DNA of 64,000 nucleotides from Psilocybe cubensis. Lineage: Eukaryota. The stretch spans positions 1,922,001-1,986,000 of the forward strand of contig CM039004.1 in NCBI GenBank assembly GCA_017499595.2. The letters are read 5' to 3'. The position numbers and the translations under genes were made by a program. Shown piece after piece: positions 49,571 to 59,732 of the stretch. How positions within the stretch are numbered: position 1 is the first letter of the stretch; each line of letters opens with the position of its first letter. The notes beneath the pieces were generated by a model that ran no database searches, had not been told where the DNA came from, and saw nothing but the letters and a program-made list of their open reading frames with translations.

Positions 49571-50734
49571 ATGCACCATGTCCACCGCCGTCTCCTCACC
49601 ACCGCCGCCCGCCTTCCCGCAGTCTCCCCGGCGTCCCTCCCCGCCTTCCCCCCGAAGGAGGCACTGAAGACCGCCGCCGACAAGGACACCTTTGTCCAGC
49701 AAGAATTCAACCCCGACGCCTGGGCTGCTCTCCAGCCAGCGCCCTCCACCGCCCTCGTCGCCTTCTCCCATCGTATTGGCCTCGCGTCCCTCTTCGACTC
49801 TCCAGACACCATCCGCCAGGCGTGTACTCACCCCTCCTTCGTTCCCCTGTTCCGTCAGCACTATCCAGCCATGGACGAGCCAAAGACCAACGCTCGTCTC
49901 GCCACCCTCGGCAACTCCCTCATGGGCCTCTTTGCCGCAGAGCACATCCAGGCCAAGTATCCCTATCTGCCTACGCGTGTCATGAAGGCCGCCGTCACTG
50001 CCCACGTAGGCCCCATGACCTGCGAGGCCGTCGCTAGAGAAATGGGCGCAACCCCACTCCTCCGCTGGCATCGCGGCAATGCCAAAGACGATACCCGCAC
50101 CCTCCTCCACTCCGAAGCCCTGGCATCTATACCCCGCTCAATAACAGGTCTGCTTTACAAGCAGCGTTCTCTTCTTGCCGCACGCGAGTTTGTTCATTCG
50201 TATTTCCTCACCCGCGAAATCGACATCCGCGCCATGTTAAAGTTTTACAACCCCAAAAAAGCCCTGCTGGAGATGGTCAAAAAGTATCAGCGGGAACCCC
50301 CAAAATCTAGGTCTGTATCTCTTTTTTTGCTCGACTTGCTCCTACTTATGGTGGGATTAGACTGTTGAAGGAGACCGGTCGCTTTTCCAACTCACCCGTG
50401 TTTGTCGTTGGCATCTACTCAGGTGCTGACAAGTTGGGAGAAGGATTCGGCGCGTCGTTAAGCATGGCAGAGTACCGCGTACGTCCATTCCACTATTTTT
50501 TGTTTCCTTTTTCTGACCACAATATAGGCTGCAGAAGATGCTCTGCACAGGGTATATCTCACACAGAGACCCAACGAATTGATCCAGCTGCCTTCATCGA
50601 CGTTGGTGCATCGCCAAAACAGCATATACGAGCCTTCGAGTGCCCAGGCAAAATACACCGCCCCAGAACTCGTGCCGTCAGAAATCATCTACGCCAGTTC
50701 AGGCAAGAGCGGAGTGTCGCTGGCGCGCTCATAG
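49571..50734 (+). CDS. MRPL3: Mitochondrial large ribosomal subunit protein mL44 (RNase III-like fold)
   Basis: QACTHPSF, NARLATLGNSLMGLFAAEHIQAKYPYLP, LLKETGRFSNSPVFVVGIYSGADKLGEGFGASL and AAEDALHRVYL. The N-terminus looks like a mitochondrial presequence. Confidence 0.87.
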
Positions 50735-50879
50735 TGGCTGCATACTGTTATACATACTACCTTCCTAATACACACGACTGCTTTGAAATCAACACAACAG
50801 AGGGTATAATTCAGCGGGAATAATGTACAGAGGGTATAGATACAGAAAGCATAAGATAATGTACAACCGCAGGAGCGTG

Positions 50880-52134
50880 TCATCGGTGGCTCTTGCTGGG
50901 GCTTTTGAGAACGTCTCTGACGGCGCTGCGCTCTGCGAGCAGCGCCATTAGCTGCCACTTTGGATCTCTCACTTGACTCTCTTTAAGCAGGGCGGCCCGC
51001 TGATCCTCATCATCGTCCTTGAAAAGACATGGATTACGCGTGTATATAAATAATTAGCAGTGTATAGAAGCTAGTCAGTTGCTTACGATGGACGACGGAG
51101 ACACCGCGAAGCGCATCGCCGCGGCAGACTTGTTGGGTAGGTCGGCTGGGGAGATGGTGAATAGCGTGTGGAACGAGTCGGCGGTGAGCACGGGGGGTTT
51201 CTGCGGGAAATGGTGGTGCACCAGCCCGGAGATGGTTTGAGAAGAGGTGCTCGTAGAGGGTGCAATCGAGTTGATGGCGTGCGAGGTGGAGGTCAATGTG
51301 AGGGCATGTGTGATTAGTTGTTTGAGTTTAGCCTGTGGGTGGGTGGGTCAGTGCGTTGCTTGGGAGAGAAAAGGCAGACGGACCTCGCAGGCGAGCGTCA
51401 TGAGAGAGGAGACGGTGCGCGAGGGGTCGTTGAGGTTGTTCTGTGCGCAAATGAGCTTCATCCGATCCACGACATGCTGCAGCGTCGGCGCGCGCGTGCT
51501 GGCGTGCAGATGGATCGCCACGCGCGTCCCTGCCGGCTCTGCAACAGATGTTAGAGAAAAGAAAGAGACAAAGGATAGGCACTCACCGCCGCGCTCAGGC
51601 AACAGCTCGACCCCGCGCTCGCTTGCAATCTCATCAAGCTCCCTGCGCGGCCGCGGCGGGTCGACGGGCGGCGGGGCGTGCTGTAGCGCCTTGACGCGCT
51701 CCCGCTCGCGCTTCCCGATACTCAGCGCAAACTTTCGCATCCGCGCCGAGCGGATCGTCCGTGAATCTTCTGGCACACCGGGGCCCTGGTATGGCAGCAG
51801 TGTACGACGGCGCTTGGTAGGTGGAGGCTTGGGCAAGGCAGGAGGCGGGGGCGTCGGAGGGCGCTTAAGGGTAGCTGTGGCATCGAAGAGCGATATAACA
51901 AGAGCGTTGTGGAGCTGCACTGTTTTTGCAGAGAGAGTCAGCTGGGTGCACAGAAAACTGGCCAGACGTACATAGATTAGCCGATGTGAGCAGCTGTTTT
52001 GCAGATTCCTCGAATTCTGTCCGAGAGGTTTTGCCGCAGACAAAGCTGCTCAGGGCGTCAAAGTACATCGGCGCCTTTGGTCCCAGGCTCTTTGTGAGCT
52101 GCCCCTTGAGGGTCGACGTCGAGGAGAGCGACAT
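50880..52134 (-). CDS. SAGA complex subunit Ada1/Hfi1 (SAGA-Tad1 domain)
   Basis: LKGQLTKSLGPKAPMYFDALSSFVCGKTSRTEFE..VQLHNALVISL, then LPTLQHVVDRMKLICAQNNL-like segment and SSLMTLACE. Confidence 0.72.
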
Positions 52135-52260
52135 CGTGGGCGGTGTGAGTGAGTTTGGTGGAAGCGTAGGCCGGTGCTCGGAGAACAATGCGCGCCAGAC
52201 TGTCACGTGCATCCAATTAACCTGCTGAGAACGAGTCTCTCCTTCCTCCACCATGCCACC

Positions 52261-54163
52261 ATGTCCTCTCTCCCCCTCCGTCCTGTAACATCAAAGCCCA
52301 GAGGCGTCTGTAGATACTATACCACCCCCCGCGGATGCTTTGCCCAGGACAAGTGCAAGTTTCTCCACGCGGTGCCACCCAGCCCCACCGAGCTCAAGCC
52401 AGACGACCAGCCCCTCTTGTCTCCGTATGATAAGGCAAAGCGTTGTCGCTACTATGCCCAAGGTCTGTCTGTCACACCCAGTGCTTCCTTTTCTGCCATC
52501 TGATCGTAGTTGCTGCTTAGGGTTCTGTAAGAAGGGAGATGCGTGCTGGTTCCTGCATACCATCGACGGCCCTGTGGCCGGATCGTCGTCAGCTGTGGAG
52601 AGTGATGAAGAGGAATCATGCTCGATCTGCTTTGAGAAGCCGACTACCTATGGCCTGCTTGGTGTGTCTGATCGTTATCTCTCTTCTCTCTGGCACTGAA
52701 CTCTCCCCAGGTGGATGCAGCCATATCTTTTGTATGACGGTAAGCCACTCGTCTCTCCATCACCTTCCGAGACTTATTCCGCCGAATAGTGCATCAAGCA
52801 ATGGCGCGATCCACTCAATAAACCAGGCGGCGTCGTTGATTCGGGCAACACTAAAAAGTGCCCCATGTGTCGAACTCCGTCCAAGTTTATTACACCCTCA
52901 TCTAGGTTCTGGAGAGACGGGACACCAGAGAAGGCGGCTGTCACGCAGGCGTACAAAGACAGTATGGCTCGTGTGCCCTGTCGGTACGTGATTGTTCTTG
53001 CTTCTCAGCGTGGTTCTCACAGTACTATCTAGGTATTTCCAGAAGTCGATACAGAAGAATAAAGCCAAGCCTATCTGTCCGTATGGTAAAGACTGCTTTT
53101 ACCAGCATCTAAACGAAGACGGAACGCCGTATGTCTTTAAAGACGGTGTGGATGTCTGTATGAGGGTAGGCTTTCAAAATGTACTCGTAAAACGTTGTCA
53201 CTTAAACTTTTGTCTAGAAATACACCATGTCGCAGCGACGCGCACTGCCGTTCGAAAGCCATTTTATGCCCTTTTCGTTGGATTTATCTAGGCTCGACTT
53301 GGTCATTCCCGGCCATGGCCTGCACTTTCTTCCGCAAAGCACGGTCGATTCAGTCACTTCAGCACGTAATCGGCTGCGGGATGTGGGGCGATCGCTGGAG
53401 ATTATCAATCAGGCGATTGGGGACAGTGCGAATGGACAGAGTGGGCTGAGCTCGGCTGTGGAGGCGCTGAGGGCGGAATTTGGGCATGTTGAGGGAGCAG
53501 CGGATGTGCGACGGCGGGCTGATGAGGATGAGGGGTTGTCGACAACGGAAAGCTTAATGCAGCAGCTTGAGTATCTGGTATGTGGATCTATTTTTGGTAC
53601 GCCTTGGGCGGCTAATGTGAGTTGAGTAGGTGGTGGCATCTCTAAACTCGAGGCAGATGCTGCTCGACGCGGATGACGTTCAGGTTATTAACTTTGGACG
53701 TGATACGCCACCTCCGCCGTTGCAAGCTGTTGTAGACGACTCGGATGAGGAGGAGGAAGAAGAGGGACCCTCGACGACACCGGGTGATTTATGGCCGGAT
53801 ATCTTTGGCCATGAAAGCGACGGGGACTCGATGCCTGCGCTGTACAGTGTGTCGAGCACGAGTGACGAGGACGAGGACGAAGGTAGTGCGGGGTACTCTG
53901 GCGAGGTGAGCGATGATGAGGAGCCTCCACCCCTGGAAGATGTGCCTGTGCCCGAGGCATCTTTGGGCGAGGCGACGTTTGTAACTGACGGACGGGGGCG
54001 TGTTGTCTGGAGCGGGGAGGACAAGAGCGAACCGCGAGAAGAGACAGCAAGAGAAGAGGAGCAGGGGGGAAGCAGTAGCAATAGTGGCAACAGTAGTAGC
54101 AGCAACAGTAGCAGCAGTGGGACAGGACTGTCGCTGCTAAACTGGATCCAGGGATTGTTTTAG
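52261..54163 (+). CDS. Makorin-like CCCH zinc finger / RING E3 ubiquitin ligase
   Basis: CCCH fingers (CRYYTTPRGCFAQDKCKFLH; CRYYAQGFCKKGDACWFLH), a RING (CSICFE..CSHIFCMTCIKQWR..CPMCR), a third CCCH (CPYGKDCFYQH) and an acidic tail. Confidence 0.85.
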
Positions 54164-54305
54164 GATATGTTTTTGATATGTTTTGTTGTTATTTTAACTT
54201 TATAAATGGAAGGTACCTTTCCTGATTGGGCAGTGACATCATTCTGGCAGTATATAATGGGCGGCTCTTGCATTTTGCTCTTTCTTCCTTCCCCCCACAG
54301 CAGCC

Positions 54306-57300
54306 ATGGCCAAGGGCAGGAAACACGCGTACGGCCGTCCAAAGCCCTCTCTTACCATTCCACGCCAAAAGTCCGTGTCCCGGTCCCCCTCAGCCAGCCC
54401 CAGCCCCACCTCCGCGTCCCCGCTCACCCCACGCACTCCGGCTGACGAGGGCATCGAGTATTTCCAGAGCCACCCTAGGCCAGGTGACGCCCCTGTCCCC
54501 GTCTACGAGCTCTGTCTCGATCCAGATGGCGGTCCCAGCAACGCCCTTTCCGTAAGTCCTAGTACGTCTTCTTATCCCGGTCTGCTCACTGCGGGTCGTC
54601 TTCCAGTACATTCGTCTACCCCCAGCGTACACGCCCTACATCTTGCGCGTATCCATTCAGGCAGGCACTCCAGCCGCCAAGAACGGCGTCTTCAAGACCA
54701 ACTTTCCTCTAGATGGTGGTGCCTTTGCCCGGGACCGATATGCGAAGCGAAAGTGTGTGCTACTCTTTGTCTCATTCATCAGTGCCCCTGTCTGATAACG
54801 AACAGGCTGCCCCAGGAGTTTTCGAAGCCGATCAAGGTCGATCTGCCCATCTCTCATGCAGGAGCGTTTATCTATTGGGTCGAGTATGACGGCGATGACG
54901 GCAAACGCGTCAAGGGCCGCGAGGGTTATTTTAACATTGATCCCGTCCTCACTATCAAGGCCCGCACCCCCGTGCTAGACAAGGCGTCTTTGAGCGTCCT
55001 TCCGCCCGGTCAAGGAGCTGTATTGCAGGACAAGACTGTGCATCTGCCGCTCAATGGCTTATCCATCCTGACGGTGGTGTCCAAATGGATGGGCCCAATA
55101 GACGAGTGGAAAAAGTCATTTGCAGAGGCCAAGGACCGCGGGTATACGATGCTGCACTACACGCCGTTGCAGGAGAGGGGGGAGAGTGATAGTCCATACT
55201 CGATCCGGAATCAGCACAAGTACGACGCGAGTCTGTTTGGGAAAGCGTTATCCGAGGAGGAGGGCAGGAAGAGGGTGGAGGAGATCCTCAAGGTTGCTCG
55301 GGAGGACTATGGGCTGCTTAGTTTAACTGATGTTGTGCTCAACCATACCGCCAACGATAGCCCCTGGCTCGCTGAGCATCCAGAAGCTGGTACGTCGCAC
55401 TCTTGTTCTTGTCTGATTATGAATCTTACAATACAGTAAATAGGGTTCAGTCCCGCTAACACGCCTCATCTTGCTCCGGCTTTGGAATTGGATACTGCTA
55501 TTCTCGATTTCTCTGGTTCCCTCGAACAAAAGGGAATCCCCACCACAATCTCTTCAGAGGGCGATATCAACGCCATTCTCGGCGAGTTTGAAAAGACTGT
55601 CAAGGACCTCAATCTTTGGCAATATTATGTTTTGGATGTGGTCCGTGAAAAGGCGTCAGTTACCGCGGCCCTTTCGTCGGGAAAAGTCGAGGCGTGGTCA
55701 GGCCCCGACATCAAAGGAAAAAATGTTGCAGAGCTTGCCGAGATTTTCAAGGGCGCAAACAAAATCAAAGGGCTGGGGGCGTTCGCGTCGAGGTTTGGGG
55801 TCGGTGTGGACGGCGCGACTGCCGCTGGCTTCACGCAGGCTGCCTTTGCGGATATCAAGGACACGGGCGCGTTGGCCGACGCGTGGGGCAAAATTGTTGA
55901 CGTCATTAATGTACCCCTATACAGGGAATGGGAGGAAGATACCAAAATCGCGATTGATCATGTCAGAAATCGTGTCAAGTACACCCGGCTGGATGAACAT
56001 GGCCCTAAACTGGGAAGGATCACTAGAGAGTGAGTACTTGACATCAATTATTTATTTTTATTTGACTGATTCAGGTGATACGTAGAAACCCTCTGGTAGA
56101 ACCTTACTTTACCCGCCTCTCCCCAAAGCCAAACGCGGACCCTCTCGTTTACTCTCTCGCCAACAATGGATGGATCTGGAACGCAGACCCTCTGCAAAAC
56201 TTTGCCTTGCTACCATCTAAGGCCTACCTACGCCGTGAAGTCATAGTATGGGGAGATTGTGTCAAGCTTCGATATGGATCCCAACCCTCTGACAACCCCT
56301 GGCTCTGGTCCCATATGACTTCCTATGTCACCTCTCTAGCTCAAACATTTGACGGGTTCAGGATAGACAACTGTCATTCCACACCGCTGGAAGTCGGAAC
56401 GCGGATGCTGGACGCTGCGCGCGTCGCGCGTCCGGATCTGTATGTGTGCGCTGAGCTTTTTACAGGAAGCGAGGACATGGACCTTGTGTTTGTGCGTGAA
56501 CTAGGCATCAATAGTCTGATTCGGGAGAGCGGGAATGGATGGGATCCCAAGGAGCTGTCGCGGCTTTTGTATAGGCATGGAGTTGGCAAGCCAATTGGTT
56601 CCATGGATGGTGCATGCATGCAAAGCAAAGAGGAAATCGCGAGTCCGACGGGAAAAGGCCCTATTCGAACAGCCGTCGTCATCCCGCTCAACGGTTCACA
56701 ACCGCATGCTCTGCTATACGATCTCACACACGACAATGAGTCGCCATTGGATAAACGCTCGGCGGAAGACGCGCTTTCAACGGGGGCGTTGGTTGCGTTT
56801 AGCTATTGCGCCGTGGGGAGTGTAAAGGGCTTTGATGATTTGTATCCCAAATTGCTTAACCTCGTCAAGGAGAAACGCAAGTACGAGCTTACTGGTGTAT
56901 GTGAGAAGAGTGGAATTGCCAAAGTGAAGAGGGTTTTGAACGAGTTACATCTGGAGATGGTGTTGAATGGATACGAAGAGGGTCATGTCCATCAGGAGAA
57001 TGATGTCAGTATCATTTCTTCCTGCTTTGCAATTTCGTTGCTCACCAGGCTGTATAGTATATTGTTCTCCACAGAGTCCAGCCTGTAACGCAAAAGGGGT
57101 ACTTACTTGTAGCCCACACAGCCTTTTCAAAGGGCTGGAAAGGTCGTGGCAACAGTGCGTGTTATGTTTGCAGCCCATAAACACTTCTCTGATATGCTTC
57201 TTCTTTGCAGTTGACCCAATTAAATTGCGCCGTACGAAAGCCAAATTTATTCTAGGAGCCAGTCTCAATGTTTTGGATGGTGCCATTCCTGACGATCCTA

Positions 57301-57731
57301 ACCTTTTGAAGGGGCTTGCTTCCAAGTTAGAGGAGATGGACCCTGTGGTTGTTCCTCAAGGTCTTGATCATGAAGGCCCGTACGCTGAAATTGTCGTACC
57401 GGAATACTTCCCGCCAGGGAGCATCATGGTCTTTGAAACTCAACTGCAGCAGCATGATTCCTCACTCGACGCATTCTGTGCTTCTGGTGCTCAGGAGGCA
57501 TTTAGTGAAGTCGATTTGGTGGATTTGAACGTGATTTTACACCGTGCAGATGTTGAAGAGCGGGACGCGACTGCGGGTGTGTTTGGCACTTATGATGTCC
57601 CGGGTTTAGGAAAATTGGTGTATTGCGGGTTGGAAGGGTGGATGCATTCATTGAGACATATTATGCGGTATAACGATCTTGGACATCCGCTTTGTGCTCA
57701 TCTGAGAGATGGAAGTTGGGCCCTCGATTAT
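54306..57731 (+). pseudogene. GDB1: Glycogen debranching enzyme (AGL/Gdb1), 5' part; coding exon interrupted by an LTR retrotransposon
   Basis: SKWMGP, LHYTPLQERGESDSPYSI, DVVLNHTAN, YLRREVIVWGDCVKLRYG, GFRIDNCHSTP, AELFTGS, YDLTHDNE and NDLGHPLCAHLRDGSWALDY, then an abrupt switch to LTR sequence. The C-terminal glucosidase domain is absent from the window. Confidence 0.9.
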
Positions 57732-57904
57732 TGTTAGAGTTCCCTCTAACGTAGACACACACACGTGCCTGTAGTCACATATCACACAGTATTTGTAGAC
57801 ACACCCGTAGCTACGTAGCCTCAGTTCCTTCTTTGTTAGCACACCCAACACGTTCTGGTCCTTCGTCTCTCTCTCCCGCCTCGTCTCCGGGTCTCCTCCT
57901 AACA
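57732..57904 (+). repeat. 5' LTR (~173 bp, TGTTAG...CTAACA)
   Basis: Start fixed by identity with the 3' LTR start. End inferred from CTAACA (57899-57904) followed by the putative PBS. An alternative end at 57923 cannot be excluded. Confidence 0.7.
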
Positions 57905-58451
57905 TCAAGAAGGAACTCTAACACATTCAAAACATCCTCTCTCATCGCCTTTTGGCATTTCAATACCACCGTTTCCCAAACTGCCTGGACTACCTCGTTC
58001 CCCTTCGATCCTGCCCATCCAGCAGGATATCGAAGCCTGTACCGACACTTGTGACCGCTACTCTTGGCAATTATTTTTTTTGCAAAGAGACCTCTTGTTG
58101 CACGAAGAAACCCTGCGTATTGCTTCCAACCAGGGTGCATCTTTTGATACCCTTCGGCGACTTACTGCTGCTGTTATAGACTGTCAACGGTCAATCTCAC
58201 ATACCAGAGACCTTCTCGCTTCCGCTGAAAGACAGTTGCGTTACCTACACGACCAGGCTGATCGCGTTCGCGACCTACAAGATTGTCTGGCTACTCTGTC
58301 TCGCCGCATTGATAATCTGGCTTTTACCACCTCTCTTAGCCCTGCTATTTTGTCTGGACTTCACGCCCGCCTTGACGATATTCTCAGCTCTCCTCTCTTC
58401 TCCAGGTCCTCTACCCCAGACAGCTTACCTGACCTTGAACCCTCCGATTAG
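57903..58451 (+). CDS. Extra ORF upstream of gag, no ATG, predicted coiled coil
   Basis: Stop-free from 57903 to TAG 58449-58451. Candidate starts are CTG 57981 or TTG 58080. Heptad-like sequence RDLLASAERQLRYLHDQADRVRDLQDCLATLSRRIDNL. Confidence 0.5.
   Translation, partial: HQEGTLTHSKHPLSSPFGISIPPFPKLPGLPRSPSILPIQQDIEACTDTCDRYSWQLFFLQRDLLLHEETLRIASNQGASFDTLRRLTAAVIDCQRSISHTRDLLASAERQLRYLHDQADRVRDLQDCLATLSRRIDNLAFTTSLSPAILSGLHARLDDILSSPLFSRSSTPDSLPDLEPSD
57907..57917 (+). promoter_or_regulatory. Self-priming primer-binding site (Tf1/sushi type)
   Basis: AAGAAGGAACT is the exact reverse complement of AGTTCCTTCTT at 57823-57833 inside the LTR. No TGG-type tRNA PBS is seen. Confidence 0.7.
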
Positions 58452-58547
58452 AAGCGCATATATTCACCCTTTTGGCGCATACACCCACCCTCTCTGTTTT
58501 TTTCTCTTTCCTTTTTTTAATTCGCTTCTCGCTTATCGTTTGCACTC

Positions 58548-59732
58548 ATGCCTCCCGGAAAAAGTAAAGGTCGTTCGGTCTCCCCCCGTCGTGGTCGTGA
58601 CGGTAGTGATGACGACACTGTGTCCCGAATTGACCCTGCCATTATCGCTCTCATTAAGGCTAGCCAGGAATCCAATAAAGAAACTATGAAAGATATTCTC
58701 GAACTGTCGCGTATACAAGCCGAAACTATGTTCAAATCATTCCTCGCGTTACCCCAACTCCAAACCTCTACCCACTCCTCTGCGACTACCTCTACCGCCC
58801 GCTCTGGTGATTCACGCGCTTATAAGGTGCCCTTTCCAGGTGCCTTCGACGGCTCCTCTGATACTGTCGAAGACTTGCTGGCCTCATGGCGTAACTTTTT
58901 TCACTCCGACCCCGAAGCATACAAAACCACTGATTCCAAAGTACGCACCGCTCTCAGTTCTTTCAAGACCGGCACGCCCGCTGTCTGGCGTAACCAGCTC
59001 ATTGAAGAGCTAGAGTCTGGGCAATGCGTCTTAACCAACTGGTCCGACTTTGAGGAGCGCGTGAAAGACTCCTTCCTGTTCCATTTCTCGCAACAACGCG
59101 CGGCACGCGAGATCATGTGCATCCGTCAGAACTCCACGCCCACTCAAGAGTTCATTATTATCTTCGAGAACCTTGCCTTTCGCTCCAAGTTTAACGACGA
59201 AGCGTTGATCCAATGCTTCAAAATGGCCTTGGATAAGCGTATTATGGAGGAGATTGGACGAACACACCGTGAGATGCCCACATTCGCGGAATGGAAGAGT
59301 GCCGCAATCTTGATGGCTCACAGACTGCGTGAGACTGATGCCACGGTGACTCCGGTCGTCAACACCACCGCCACCTGGCGTCCTCCCCCTTCTTTCACCT
59401 CCACCCCTTCCACTGTTCAAAAGTCTAGCAACCCCCGCCCCGCTGCTCCTGCCCCCAACGCGACTCTACCTGCAAACATCTCCGCTGCTCCGAATCGACG
59501 TGCCGCCCTGCCCTGCTTTAACTGCGGCGTATTTGGCCACTTCATGCGAGTCTGCCCCAAACCCAAAGATCTCGAATTCCAACGCAAATCACGCGCAAAA
59601 CTGGAACGAGCTCGGGCCGTCCTCGAGTGCTTTGATGCTTTGCCTGATGACGACAAGCATGAGATTCGATGCGTTGATGTTGACGAAAGTGCCTTGTTTG
59701 ATGATTCGGATTTTGTTTCTTGCGTCGAGTGA
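58548..59732 (+). CDS. gag: Retrotransposon Gag with CCHC zinc knuckle
   Basis: 394 aa. FPGAFDGSS..KVRTALS..WSDFEERVKDSF..IRQNSTPTQEFIIIFENL capsid-like region, and zinc knuckle CFNCGVFGHFMRVC. Confidence 0.92.
   Translation: MPPGKSKGRSVSPRRGRDGSDDDTVSRIDPAIIALIKASQESNKETMKDILELSRIQAETMFKSFLALPQLQTSTHSSATTSTARSGDSRAYKVPFPGAFDGSSDTVEDLLASWRNFFHSDPEAYKTTDSKVRTALSSFKTGTPAVWRNQLIEELESGQCVLTNWSDFEERVKDSFLFHFSQQRAAREIMCIRQNSTPTQEFIIIFENLAFRSKFNDEALIQCFKMALDKRIMEEIGRTHREMPTFAEWKSAAILMAHRLRETDATVTPVVNTTATWRPPPSFTSTPSTVQKSSNPRPAAPAPNATLPANISAAPNRRAALPCFNCGVFGHFMRVCPKPKDLEFQRKSRAKLERARAVLECFDALPDDDKHEIRCVDVDESALFDDSDFVSCVE

Noticed and set aside
49022-50110. 362-aa minus-strand ORF
   Set aside because: Antisense to the GC-rich mL44 exon and overlapping the RhoGAP start; no motifs.
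51247-51975. 242-aa plus-strand ORF
   Set aside because: Antisense to the Ada1-like gene.
54060-54120. AGC/AGT-rich repeat
   Set aside because: Encodes a Ser/Asn low-complexity tract in makorin.
56967-57737. ORF ending ..ALDYC* as a natural Gdb1 C-terminus
   Set aside because: The last codons TGT TAG are the first bases of the LTR; the stop is created by the insertion.
57905-57960. tRNA-type primer binding site
   Set aside because: No TGG-initiated sequence adjacent to either candidate LTR end; self-complementarity explains the site better.
58452-58547. Stop-codon readthrough fusing the upstream ORF to gag
   Set aside because: A second in-frame stop (TAA at about 58518) lies between the upstream TAG and the gag ATG.
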